A stretch of DNA of 63,737 nt, filler included, from Choristocarpus tenellus KU-1152 (Eukaryota; Protista; Phaeophyceae): the NCBI GenBank assembly GCA_964200185.2. It is 7 parts of 7 records of this genome, joined end to end, with 100 filler letters (N's around TTAATTAATTAA, not from the genome) between each part and the next. Parts side by side here need not be neighbours in the genome. Positions count along the whole stretch, not along the records: positions 1 to 10,287 come from CAXNAD020003015.1; positions 10,388 to 18,239 come from CAXNAD020005493.1; 5 more parts are not named here. The stretch is one strand, 5' to 3'. The position numbers and the translations under genes are program-made. The notes under the pieces are model-generated. The model was not told the origin of the DNA and did no database searches. It saw nothing but the letters and a program-made list of their open reading frames with translations. This document shows, piece by piece, positions 1 to 10,466 of the stretch. Every line of letters starts with the position of its first letter. Position 1 is the first letter of the stretch.

Positions 1-478
1 CCCTTGGTGGTGGGGTGCTCTTACTTACATGATATCTATTGCGCACATCATCAGACACGTCAAAATGTGTCTGTGTCAGTCGCACTACGTCAGCCACTTA
101 TATTGAACAAAATAGGGAATTGATCCATCGAGACTCTAAGCTGCGACTCAAAGCACACCAAATCAAATCCTTCACCCTTACACTACTCAGTCAATACTTC
201 TGCTATATTCTACTGTTCACTAAACGTATAACTCTCTATAGACTGCCTAGCCTATATTGCACAATTACTGCAAACGAATTTTCATGAAAATCTTGTTGAT
301 CAAAAGTTATGGCGCGACAAAGTTGATGCAGGAGGCGACTGCCAACACTGTAGGGAACAAATAATATTTTCCAAAGTCTTTTCATACATGAAATAATGTA
401 TCTACCAACATAACGATTATTCTCCATGAATTATTCTCATATTGTATGAACTATGCAAGGTACAAATAAGAATTATTA

Positions 479-1130
479 GAGGGCAAAATAATACGGTGTA
501 GCATAGCTGGTAGTAAAATAGTTAATAGACTATAGAAAAATGTCTTTAACATATTTACGACAAATATATATATACTTCGATATTTATTATTATGCCCTGA
601 TATTTTGTTGATAATCTATTTACTATTTTACTACCAGGTATGCTACACACCACTGCCCTCCTGAGCCTCCAACCTAGCTTAGTCCTGCACCCCAGGGTGA
701 GGAGTTAGGGAAGCATCCCAAGAATCTAACAAGCCCCTCCTTGCCCATCTTCCCTGGTGGCTCCAGCTTAAAACGCATGACTCGTTTAGAAAGAACTACT
801 TGTGTTGTGACGGACACTATTTGTCATAGATGGGATTTGACAGCCCCCTTCCTGCTGTAGCCTCCTGCTCCTCTCCCTCGTACTACGTATGTAGCCAACT
901 CATCCAAAAAATGTTGGGGTTGTTTTTTTTATATATTGACAGTGTACCTTACAATGTTGTACCGTTTTTACTACTTGGTTGGGACAAATATCCAACTTAG
1001 CCTCAAAATAAATACAATTATGCCCTGACATTTTGTAGATGTGTCAGGGGAAAAAACAATGAAAACCAGCCTCAAAATCGTCAGTCTGAAGATTTTCTGG
1101 TCATAGTACTATGGTACTACGCACTATGTC
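479..1130. repeat. Dispersed repeat family C, fragments
   Basis: ATTATGCCCTGACATTTTG..GTGTCAGGGG..CAATGAAAA recurs at ~1017-1066, ~17503-17553 and ~31630-31686 (minus). GGGAAGCATCCCAAGAATCT...CTCCAGCTT recurs at ~705-850, ~28797-28930 and, inverted, ~31466-31560 and ~31730-31790. Segments 479-533 and 611-660 are inverted copies of each other. Confidence 0.7.
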
Positions 1131-1680
1131 TTCTAATCACCAATTTCTCACTGAGGTATATGTCTGTATGAAGGATGAAAGAGGCATGCTCAACGTCCAG
1201 GGGTGCAGAGTCCAAGAACAACCGACATCCTTCATCTGTATGCCCTGTGCAGAAAAAGTGTGTATGTGATTAATACAGCAACTCGATGTGCCAGGCAGGG
1301 TGTTGATGCACGGTCATTGTTTTGATAATGCATTTTAGGGGCAATAATTTTGTCGCAAACTGGATTGAGCTCTGCTAATTGAGCTCTAGACTCTAGTGGG
1401 CACTGTCAGGTCAGTTTTGGCCTCTACTAGGAATCTTGCAACCCTCAACTCACTAACAAGAAATGGTGTAATTTTTACTGGTTACAAGAAAATATTGAAC
1501 ACCATTTTGGCTCCTTGGATAGACGATGCACTACCCCAAAACTCCAAGGTGTGACTGGAGCATGAAACTTTATGTTGGAAAAACAAATGGTAGTCCTATC
1601 GCACAATCTGCTTGTTCTATTGTTGTACTACTACCAATGTGACGTACAATCCAAACCTATTCTGAATCCATCCCTTTCAG

Positions 1681-3100
1681 GTTCTCATGGAGGATGAGTT
1701 AGAAGAAGACGATGAAGAGACGGAATTACTGTGCGAGACTGCAAAGTGTACTCAAGGACAAGACGATCCATACTACGCTGTTACCCTGAACATTGGTCGC
1801 CCTGACATCGCCATCGCTGTCAAGTCCATCATGACCCCCACACTTGATGAGGAGGATCCAATATATCGTCATAATACTCCTGGGGCCATTGCTGGGGTGA
1901 GTCACAGTTCCAGGTTCCTGCGAAGATGTTGCTAAGGGATGTAATACACACATTGTAGCTTAATTCCTATTTGTCACACTATGCTATACTGTATACATCG
2001 CAACACATGATATGGGACATACATTGTGCTGGAGCGTAAACCACATGAAGTTTACTTTTGCAAGGGATGGTAATCGTGAGCCTTTGGTACCATTGTCACC
2101 TGACCCAAAGTATCTGGGGGGGGGATCTACATTAGGGTGTCGATTTACATTATCCATCCGATGTGTGCAACCAAATCACCCAAAAATCGCAACATGAGAA
2201 AGAGCCAAAGTATCTTACAGGGTAGAGCCGCGTCCATTTGGGGGCCAAAATCCAATGTTGCGATTTTGATGTAATTTTCGCGGTCGTGTTTTTTAGGAAG
2301 TGTCAATATCCTTGTCCGGACACACCTTTTCATGAAGTATACTTTTTACCTACTTCTAAACATTTTGGAGTAGGAAAATGTAATAAGAAAACCATGGGAA
2401 GCCAAGCCCCAAATGGACAAACAGGGCAAAACTCGTACCCTTTAATATACTTTCACTCAAAATTGACCCCAAGTGGACAGCCGCCACCCCCCCCCAGATA
2501 CTTTGAGCCTCTCCTCCTAGTTGAGGCCCTCCCATTGTCGTCTCCTGTATTCTGAACCCATGCCACAACACCTATTCTGGCTCTGATACCTTTTGTGGAT
2601 AAAATTTTGGTACATTTCGTGCCCTCTTCTACTTGAATGGCGACATCTAAACTATACAGGAAAATGATGTGAATCGTCGGAATCGTCTAATACAGGGCTT
2701 GAGCAGAGCAGACAAAGACCTAGCGAAGAGGGTACAGGTGGGGGCCCTAACTGTGTTCTCTTTAGTAGAGGTTTCCGATTCCACATATATTCCCCTCTGG
2801 TTCCTGGTGTTCCATCTTCGGCACAACAGCAATCTGCTCTTGAGGGATTAGCGTTCTCTCTTGGTGTGACAGAACACAAGTCTCCTTATAAATGTTCGTG
2901 CTACCACATTTGTAAGAGGTGGTACCACCATTCGTCGGGATTGACATTGACACACCCTTCCAATATCAATATCTACCCAGGAACCCCAGACCAATGGGCT
3001 CAGAAGCATGGATGCCAGTCAACAAACTTTGGACTCTGATGGCAAACATCGTCTTCCTTGGATGGTGATATACTGTGGAGCTAACCGCAAGATGGAGAAG
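1681..3100 (+). CDS. Partial spliced gene, ferric reductase / NADPH oxidase-like C-terminal NAD(P)H-binding region
   Basis: Two phase-0 exons with strong splice sites: 1681-1896 (ccctttcag|...|GTGAGT; ...YYAVTLNIGRPDIAIAVKSIM...) and 2981-3100 (cccag|...|GTGTGC; ...RLPWMVIYCGANRKMEK). GRPD followed by VxYCG is the motif order at the C-terminus of FRE/NOX proteins. A possible terminal exon at 7376-7453 (VVLTQLACQRIPNNKYIYSTKLKKW*) is tentative. Confidence 0.5.
2102..2509 (+). mobile_element. MITE family A copy, interrupted by a nested family B copy
   Basis: TIRs GACCCAAAGTATCTGGGGGG ... CCCCCAGATACTTTGAGCC. The body matches the other family A copies once 2202-2458 is removed. Confidence 0.85.
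2202..2458 (+). mobile_element. MITE family B copy (~255 bp)
   Basis: TIRs GAGCCAAAGTATCTTACAGGGTA ... TACCCTTTAATATACTTTCACTC; closely similar to the other family B copies. Confidence 0.9.
2579..2798 (-). mobile_element. LTR retrotransposon remnant: PPT + 192-bp LTR + tRNA-iMet PBS
   Basis: Minus strand reads AGAGGGGAATATA (PPT, 2798-2786), then TGTGGAAT...ATCCACA (LTR, 2785-2594), then aaaGGTATCAGAGCC (PBS, 2590-2579). Confidence 0.65.
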
Positions 3101-3440
3101 GTGTGCCTGAGCCTGGATAGTCCAATTGAACTTGTTCTGCAACTCAATTACTCAATTACTTGGAGCTCTAAAAGAGGAGTCATGTTGATACTCTTGAGTC
3201 ATTTCAGTGTAATGTATTGTGAAAAACGCATCAATTTGCTATAATTACTTCAAACACAGTTTTACAAGCCATGGACAACAAGGGTCTGGACTTGGGTTGC
3301 TCCTCGAGATTCCAGTACAACATACCCCTAGTTGAAATGTCCATCAAATTGCAAGATATCGACAAAAAATATATTGCAAGGTAGAGGCACCCCAAGGAAC
3401 TCACGCTGAAGTATGCAATACTTCGAAGTACTCTAAAGTA

Positions 3441-3696
3441 GAGTGAAAGTAGTTGAGAGGTAGGCTGGGTTGAATTTCAAGGATCCCGAAGAAAGAAAAG
3501 AAGACGTCATTTTGTGCAGGTGCAGAAAGAGTCTTTACTTGTGAATTGTGGTGTCACTTTGAGTGTGGAGAGTATCAATTTTGCGGACACTATTGTGCAC
3601 ACAAATCAATGAAAAAGAATGTGTTGCACAGGGTAAGAAAGATGCCTTAGAATGCGGAAGGGTTCAAACCTGCCTACCTCTCAATTGATTTGGCTC
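3441..3696. mobile_element. MITE family E copy
   Basis: TIRs GAGTGAAAGTAGTTGAGAGGTAGGC ... GCCTACCTCTCAATTGATTTGGCTC; a similar right end occurs at ~4385-4413. Confidence 0.7.
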
Positions 3697-3702
3697 GGTA
3701 CT

Positions 3703-3955
3703 GAGTCTAAGTGAACGAGAGGAACCCAGGGTTTCATTTCGACGATGCTAACAAATGCGTAATATTCCACTTTTTGCACAAACGCATATAGGGATTTTTC
3801 TGGAAATTCTGTTGAATTTTTCAAACAATAAAGAAAACAACGCTCTCAAGTCAATCTTAGCACTTAATAGAAACAAGGGTGAATTACAAAAGATGGAATG
3901 AGTGGCTTAAAACAAGAAATTGCCAAACCTGGATACCTCTCATTTACTTTGGCTC
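3703..3955 (+). mobile_element. MITE family D copy
   Basis: TIRs GAGTCTAAGTGAACGAGAGGAACCCAGG ... CCTGGATACCTCTCATTTACTTTGGCTC; body shared with 7571-7831, 37938-38180 and 55435-55635. Confidence 0.75.
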
Positions 3956-6723
3956 GCTACATATTAGGTTATTTGAGGTTTTGGAACACCGTTTAGGATG
4001 CTGGTTATCTCTACCAATCAAATACTTTGCGGGAGTCCAAATTCGAGAGTACTAGTCTAAGACTGAGTGATTTTACCACACAACGTTCGTAAAGTGGTAC
4101 TGAGCACCCTGGCTATTGCATGGTTGGAGGTGTTGTTAGTGCTAGTGCTCAGGAAACAAACAGGCACCAACAAAAGAAGTGACAGGGTAATACTCCCGTG
4201 CATAGTGCACAAATTTACTTGAATATGCAAAGCACTCTTTTTCATTGCTTATGTGCACAATAGTGTACGCAAAACTGGTACGCTTTCTCCATACTCAAAG
4301 TTACACCACGATTCAGCAACGATCCCTTTCTTCAATAGTACAATAATTCCTCTTATTGCCCTCCGGGGGATCCTTAACATGCAACCCTGCCTACCTCTCA
4401 GCTGGTTTGACTCTTTGTTGCATTATCTTCCTTGTATGTTACTTCTTTTCTCCCCAAGACAATGCTGCCAAATCTCAGAGGGCATGGAACTATCATAGAT
4501 ATTACGTATGATGTGGTAGATATGTTTCTGTTCCTATTAAGCTGGTGTATGACAAATATACATAGAGCTCTACTTCCTTATTTCACATAGAAGTATATTT
4601 ATTTCCATGTGTTCTGGAGTATGCGATGTACTCTGATAGATATTGCACTCAGCACTGTTGGATACTCCTTCCGCTTTCCATCTGGAAGTTTCCCAAATAT
4701 CAGCACTTTTGGTAGTCACTCATTCTCAATGCGTGCGAACAACCCTGCAAAGTAAAAAGAGTCTCGCGCGTCCTGTACATTGTCACACCAGTCTCCACAA
4801 GGGGATATGTGATCTATGTGCGAGAGGATGTGATCAGTGCATTCCCTTTCTTGAATTTCGATGCCACAATAGTAGTTTTTGTTCGAAAAGAACATTTTCG
4901 CATCGTATACTAACATTTTGCAGAGCTACAACAAAAGAACGGGTTTTGATTGTGACGTTGTTGCGATCAACGGGGAAAATACTTCCCTAATTTGCAAAAC
5001 CTCACAATATGACAGTCAAACTTCTACCATAACATTCAACTAGTTGCCCGCAAAACACAAGGGGGAGAACCTGCTCCATCCAGGAGCTCAACGAGTACCC
5101 TAAGGAAGCGATGTTCACATTTTGCAATTGGTGTAAATTTGTTGAAGCACCTTATGCCCAACATTCAACGGTTGGTGAATTTGTTCAAAATTTGCCACTC
5201 CAAGAATATGATTATTGTCTTCATTTCTTGGAAAAAACGACGATACGAACAATTTCTATCCACTCACAGTGGAGCTAAAAAAATAGGAATTTTGTAGTTC
5301 CCACCAAACTACTATGAAAGTCCAACTTTGTTGTTGCCAATGTCGTTGGGTCAATCTTACATAAGAATTCTTGAGGAATTCTTTTCTAGCAGGGAATTGG
5401 AACGCCCTAGCATGAGCATTAATCTGTATGATCGGGGAGATGGCAAAATCTGTATTGAAATACTTTGCTGCTGTTGATGTATCACCTCCCACTGCTATGT
5501 ACTTGACCAGGTTATTTCGTCCGTGTGTGTTGAACTCGGGGTGGAATGGTCGAAGGAATTCTTTGGAGCTTGGTAAAGTGCTGACAGCCGGGTATGACAG
5601 CCTGGTACTACAACCTGTGGTGTTAGGGCTTCGATTTATTATCCTTCAAAGAGGCCGGGGCTGCTGAGGATGGAGAAAGTACATCATTTGTCTTGCCTTA
5701 CCAAGGGTAATAGGGTTCAATCCCAGCACCATTTATATATATATATATGGAGTAGTATGAAATATTTTGCACTTCATTTTAATTTCTCCATAATATGCGT
5801 GTGTGTCAGTACCTCTTGAGACACCAGGGATTACACCTTTTTGAATAGTTACTATGCATTTATTTTTTCCAGTTGATATTGTTCTCTACAGAAAATATAC
5901 ATCAAGGAGTTAGTTTTGAAGGATTGAAATTTTTTAAGAGATTTGATGCTGTGAAGCAGAACAAGATTCTACAATTTATCGTTATCATTTGTTGCAGCAA
6001 CACCAAACAACTTTGTTATCGTATCTGAAAGTAGGTATATAGTAGTATCATTGATTATTGAATCGTGTCTACTCTACTTGACTCGCATTTTTGTCCAAGA
6101 TCCTCCCATGGTCGTGACTGTCTTGCCTCGTGATACTGTCCAGCCAGAGTATGACTATGCAGACATCCCAACACCTGAATTGTAATGGTTCATCTCATAC
6201 GCACATACTCATGGGTCTGTTTCCTTCTGTACGTTGCTGTTTCTGCTCGTGGATTGGTACACGTACATGGCACACAAGCTCATTTAGCCAACAATCACTT
6301 GGCCCATAGTCGCTGACCTAGATACGAACATTTTTTTTTGTTTCCTACATCTGGGACTTGAATACTCTTTTCATAGATACGACGATTGGTGTTGTGTTCC
6401 AATACTGCATTGAGGGTATGATAAGGCATATACTCCGCTTGCTTCCTTTAGTAAACTCTTCGTGTACATCTCTACATACTGTTGGATTATTCCACACTGG
6501 ACCCATGGTCAAGGTGATGAATCGTGTGCCTTGGTAGAGGACAATGCTTGTTGGTGTGAATATGTATCTTCAATGTTGTAAGGGGCTTATGGTCTCAATT
6601 CCGTTGACCGAACTCATGGGCTCACAACTGGTGGCACCCATTACTATTCCCGTAGTTTGGGGTTTGCAGTCGTCCACACTAACTTACTATGAATTACTTG
6701 CTTACTTGTCTTCAGTATAACAA

Positions 6724-6982
6724 GAGTCAAATACCTTAAAGGGTAGAGCCGCGTCCATTTGGGGGCCAAAATCCAATGTTGCAATTTTGATGTAATTTTG
6801 GCTATCAAGTTTATTAGGAAATGTCAATATCCTTGCTCCAAACACACCTTTTCATAACATACACATTTTTTTCTACTCTGAAACATTTTGGAGTAGTTAA
6901 AATGCCATTAAAAACCCTTGGGAAGCCAAGCCCCAAGTGATCAGACAGGGAAAAACTCGTACCCTGTAAGATACTTTCACTC
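6724..6982 (+). mobile_element. MITE family B copy
   Basis: Family B body and TIRs; flanked by ACAA/ACAA. Confidence 0.9.
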
Positions 6983-7570
6983 ACAAGCGTATCTACAACA
7001 TCACACAAATCAGTGGACACTAGTGTGAGTCAATTCATATGGTATATCTATCGCTCTCCATCCTATTATCTACTCCACCAGTGGTGTCTATAGTGTATCA
7101 GCAGCACTACCTATGAAAACATGCCTGGATGCTATATTTTTGGAGTTGATATATCCACAACCTTTCACCCCCACAAGGTTGCAAGCCTCTTCGCAGAGCA
7201 CACAGTCTGACTAAGCAAATTGGAAATTGTCCGTGCTTCATTGCACTGAGCCAAGCTTTTCCCTTCACAACATCACAAGCCTTTTCAAAGAGCCCTCCAT
7301 CATCCAATCAATGCTTACAACATTCATAAACATACTACCCTCTTGTGCTGAAACGACACACACACACATACGCAGGTTGTTCTTACTCAATTAGCCTGCC
7401 AACGCATACCCAACAATAAATATATTTATTCAACAAAACTCAAGAAATGGTAATGGATGAGACACACACAAGGACACACTACATATATACATAATGCATG
7501 CATACAATATGTTGAGGGGTGTACTTACATGGTGATTGGTGTGATTGCGAGGAATGAAGGAGGAAGATAA

Positions 7571-7831
7571 GAGTCAAAGTCAACTAGAGGTACACAGGGT
7601 TTCAATTTCAGTATATGACAAATTCTTCAGACTATGTGCAAAATTCGGTTCTATTCTACAAATGGATGAAGGGAACTTTCTGAATCCTATCGAAATTTCT
7701 TAAACAAAGCAGAAGTTATTGCTCTGAAGTCAATCCTGGTACTTTATTCATGGAACGATCGATTTTAAATGATGAAAATATATCTTGAAGTGGAAAACGG
7801 CCAAAACCTGGGTGCCTCTCATTTCAGGCTC
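7571..7831 (+). mobile_element. MITE family D copy (diverged)
   Basis: GAGTCAAAGTCAACTAGAGGTACACAGG ... CCTGGGTGCCTCTCATTTCAGGCTC. Confidence 0.7.
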
Positions 7832-8919
7832 AGAGGTGGACAGCAACAGTTGTTGGGGGAGGGGCTGAACGACAACGCCTCACAACAGGGTTTGGGAGAA
7901 GAATAAACTATAGTTTCTTCTTCAGCCTACCTGCATCAGTCTAGAAGAACCATTAGGCAGTCTTATAGTACCTTGCCATGTGAAACAGTAGACGAAAATC
8001 TACAAAAGAGGACGAAATAAATGTAATATAGTCATATATACTTGGAAGAAGAATCAGAGTTGGTACAACGCCACCACATGGCATTTGAGGATCTACCCAT
8101 AACTTGCACTGTCAGTAGTAGAAGTAGTGATGGTAGTGGCAGCAGAGCGCAGGTGAGGTGCCAGGGTACTCTTCCTTGTCATTGAGTTTCTGGGTCTCCT
8201 TCATGACTTTCAAGGGGTGAAGGTTCATGTGAAATGGAAGCTCGCCACCGGAGGTGAAGGCAAGATAGCACAATTGACACACACACTCATATATTGGATT
8301 GCTTTTCACACAATAATGAGACACTCTCATACATTCATGAATGCTCTGAGTCGGATGGCATTACTGTCATCACTAACTCATCATAGTGTGCACCATGCGA
8401 TACGTTATCGCTGTGTGTTGTAGCAACTTATACTAAACCATATTTGCAACTATCACTTTGTGTTGTGTGCTTACACCAACACTCACAGGTGTGGGGTGGT
8501 ACAAACTTGTTGAGGTGGTCGCGAGGCAATCAGCCCTTTGTCCCACTCTCAACTTGTGTCAAGATCAAACACCCTCAAGTGGATTTAGGTTTCATCTTGT
8601 TTGTGCTGCACCTTTGAGTTCCTCTCCAAATCACCCTTCTTTATCCTCTGTTGTGGTGTGAACGCCATGTAGGCTAGAGCAAAGGGTCTGTCTACTCTTT
8701 GGAGGTGAAGCTCAACTTTGAGCCACATTTCAGAGTCCTTACTAACACTACTGTTGTTATTGATATAACTTCCATTCGGAACTAAATATAAAATAACTTT
8801 TGCAGCCCCGATGAAAAGGCAAGAATTTTAATAAATGTTAATATTTTATGGATGTATTGCGCTCACACCGAAAGGTTGCCCACCAAAATCTCAAGCAAAA
8901 TGGGGCGGCCTACACCTAT

Positions 8920-10153
8920 CTATGTTTCAGCCCGAAGCCCTCCAAAACTCCATTCCAGGATGCTATTTTGCCACATCCACTTGGGCATTCGGGGGAAGCT
9001 TAGCTTGGCCGCCTTTTTAGCCTTTCCCTTCCTAAGATGGGGAATTTTGAAGATGTTGTCACCGTTGGACCCCAGCACTTCGCCGTAGATTGCAAAGAGG
9101 CTCTGCCAGACACGATCTAGTGTCTCCTGGGGGTACACATTGATCACCTCCATTGTGGCCTCCACTATCTCCTCAGTGTTTGTTACCTGCATGTCGTCCT
9201 TCAGTTGCTGGATGGAAGGAAAGAGTCCCAGGTGGTTGATGTTGAGGTCAGGTGAGTTGGCTCGCGGGTCTCTATTACAATGTCGTCCCCCGCTGCCTCC
9301 TTGATAGCCTCCATGATCCCCCATGGTGTGCGGCTTTGCCACATCTTGCTGCACGAAGATGGTATGTCATTCCGGCATAGGCATGCGGGCCTTGATTGCT
9401 GGGATGATGTCCTCGGTCATGAGCTTCTTATACCTCTCCCCGTCCAAAGTGGCTAGCACAAGCACATTGGTGCCCTTGGGGCAGAGTTTGCTGGAGCGCT
9501 GAGCAACATCAGTGTCTACAATGGCCAGATAGCGATTTTGCCATTGAACCACGCCCCCATGGTCTAGGGTGGGCCACAACTACAAGGGACATCACCTTCG
9601 TAATGTAAACCTTATTCTGTGTCTGTGGGAGGGTGGGGGGGTCCTCAGTGGAGTGTAGGTACACACCTTGCCCATATTTGAGTAGGTAAAACCACTTCTT
9701 GTCCACATGCACCCAGACGTATAGATCGTCCACCAATACCCCAATTCCGACCCTCCTGTGCGTGTGGTGTTAGTGACGAAACTCGCCCTTTTGACTTTCT
9801 GCTGGTCGGAGAGGACTGGCTTAATCCGCTGCTTTCCTTTCTTGACTCTCTCGCACTTGCACAAATCTCACAGCAAGGCAAGGGAGACCCCAGCTTTAGC
9901 CACCCATTTGCGGAAGGATGTGTGGTACACCAATGGGACATCCCAAATATTGAGGATATTTGTATGGTGGCTGCATCGCCTCTTGCGATATTATGCAAGG
10001 TCCATGCATTCACTCCGTGCTATCTGGCTGTCATACTCCTTCAAATGACGGAACAGGGTGATTTGGGAAATAACAAAGTCCTCCGCTATGGTGACTGCTG
10101 TCCCCCGAGGTATTAAGAGTCTCAGGCCCTCTCAATTCCAGGCATCGCGCCAT
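8920..10153 (-). pseudogene. Decayed Tc1/mariner transposase of the plant-mariner (DD39D-like) type
   Basis: Frameshifted pieces carry IKPVLSDQQKVKR, VHVDKKWFYL, ITKVMSLVVVAHPR, IPAIKARMP, QQDVAKPH, ANSPDLNINHLGLFPSIQ and NGDNIFKIPH, which are the diagnostic motifs of this group in the correct order. A TIR-like end lies near 8767-8795. Confidence 0.85.
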
Positions 10154-10236
10154 TACACTGTTCTTCATCAGGATTATTGAATCTGGACTCCAGACAGACT
10201 TTTACCCTGAAGAATTGGGACTAACCAGTGATGAAA

Positions 10237-10287
10237 GACCCAAAGTATCTGGGAGGGGGTGGGGGTCTAGATCAGGGTGTCCATTTG
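10237..10287 (+). mobile_element. MITE family A, 5' end truncated by contig end
   Basis: GACCCAAAGTATCTGGGAGGGGG...AGGGTGTCCATTTG immediately before the linker. Confidence 0.8.
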
Positions 10288-10387
10288 NNNNNNNNNNNNN
10301 NNNNNNNNNNNNNNNNNNNNNNNNNNNNNNNTTAATTAATTAANNNNNNNNNNNNNNNNNNNNNNNNNNNNNNNNNNNNNNNNNNNN
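10288..10387. other. Artificial contig linker
   Basis: N44-TTAATTAATTAA-N44, giving stops in all six frames. Confidence 0.98.
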
Positions 10388-10466
10388 AGTTGAAAATAAA
10401 TGGAGGTAGTTGTGTGTAGTTGGGAGTGATTCCATCCAAGATGGTGTTGTTGAGCTTTGGGAGTCC

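Noticed and set aside
5657-5731. tRNA gene ending GGTTCAATCCCAGCACCA
   Set aside because: A B-box-like end is present, but there is no convincing cloverleaf or A box.
10332-10343. Recurrent TTAATTAATTAA palindrome as a biological motif
   Set aside because: Always centred in exactly 44+44 N; it is an artificial contig spacer, so gene neighbourhoods across linkers are meaningless.
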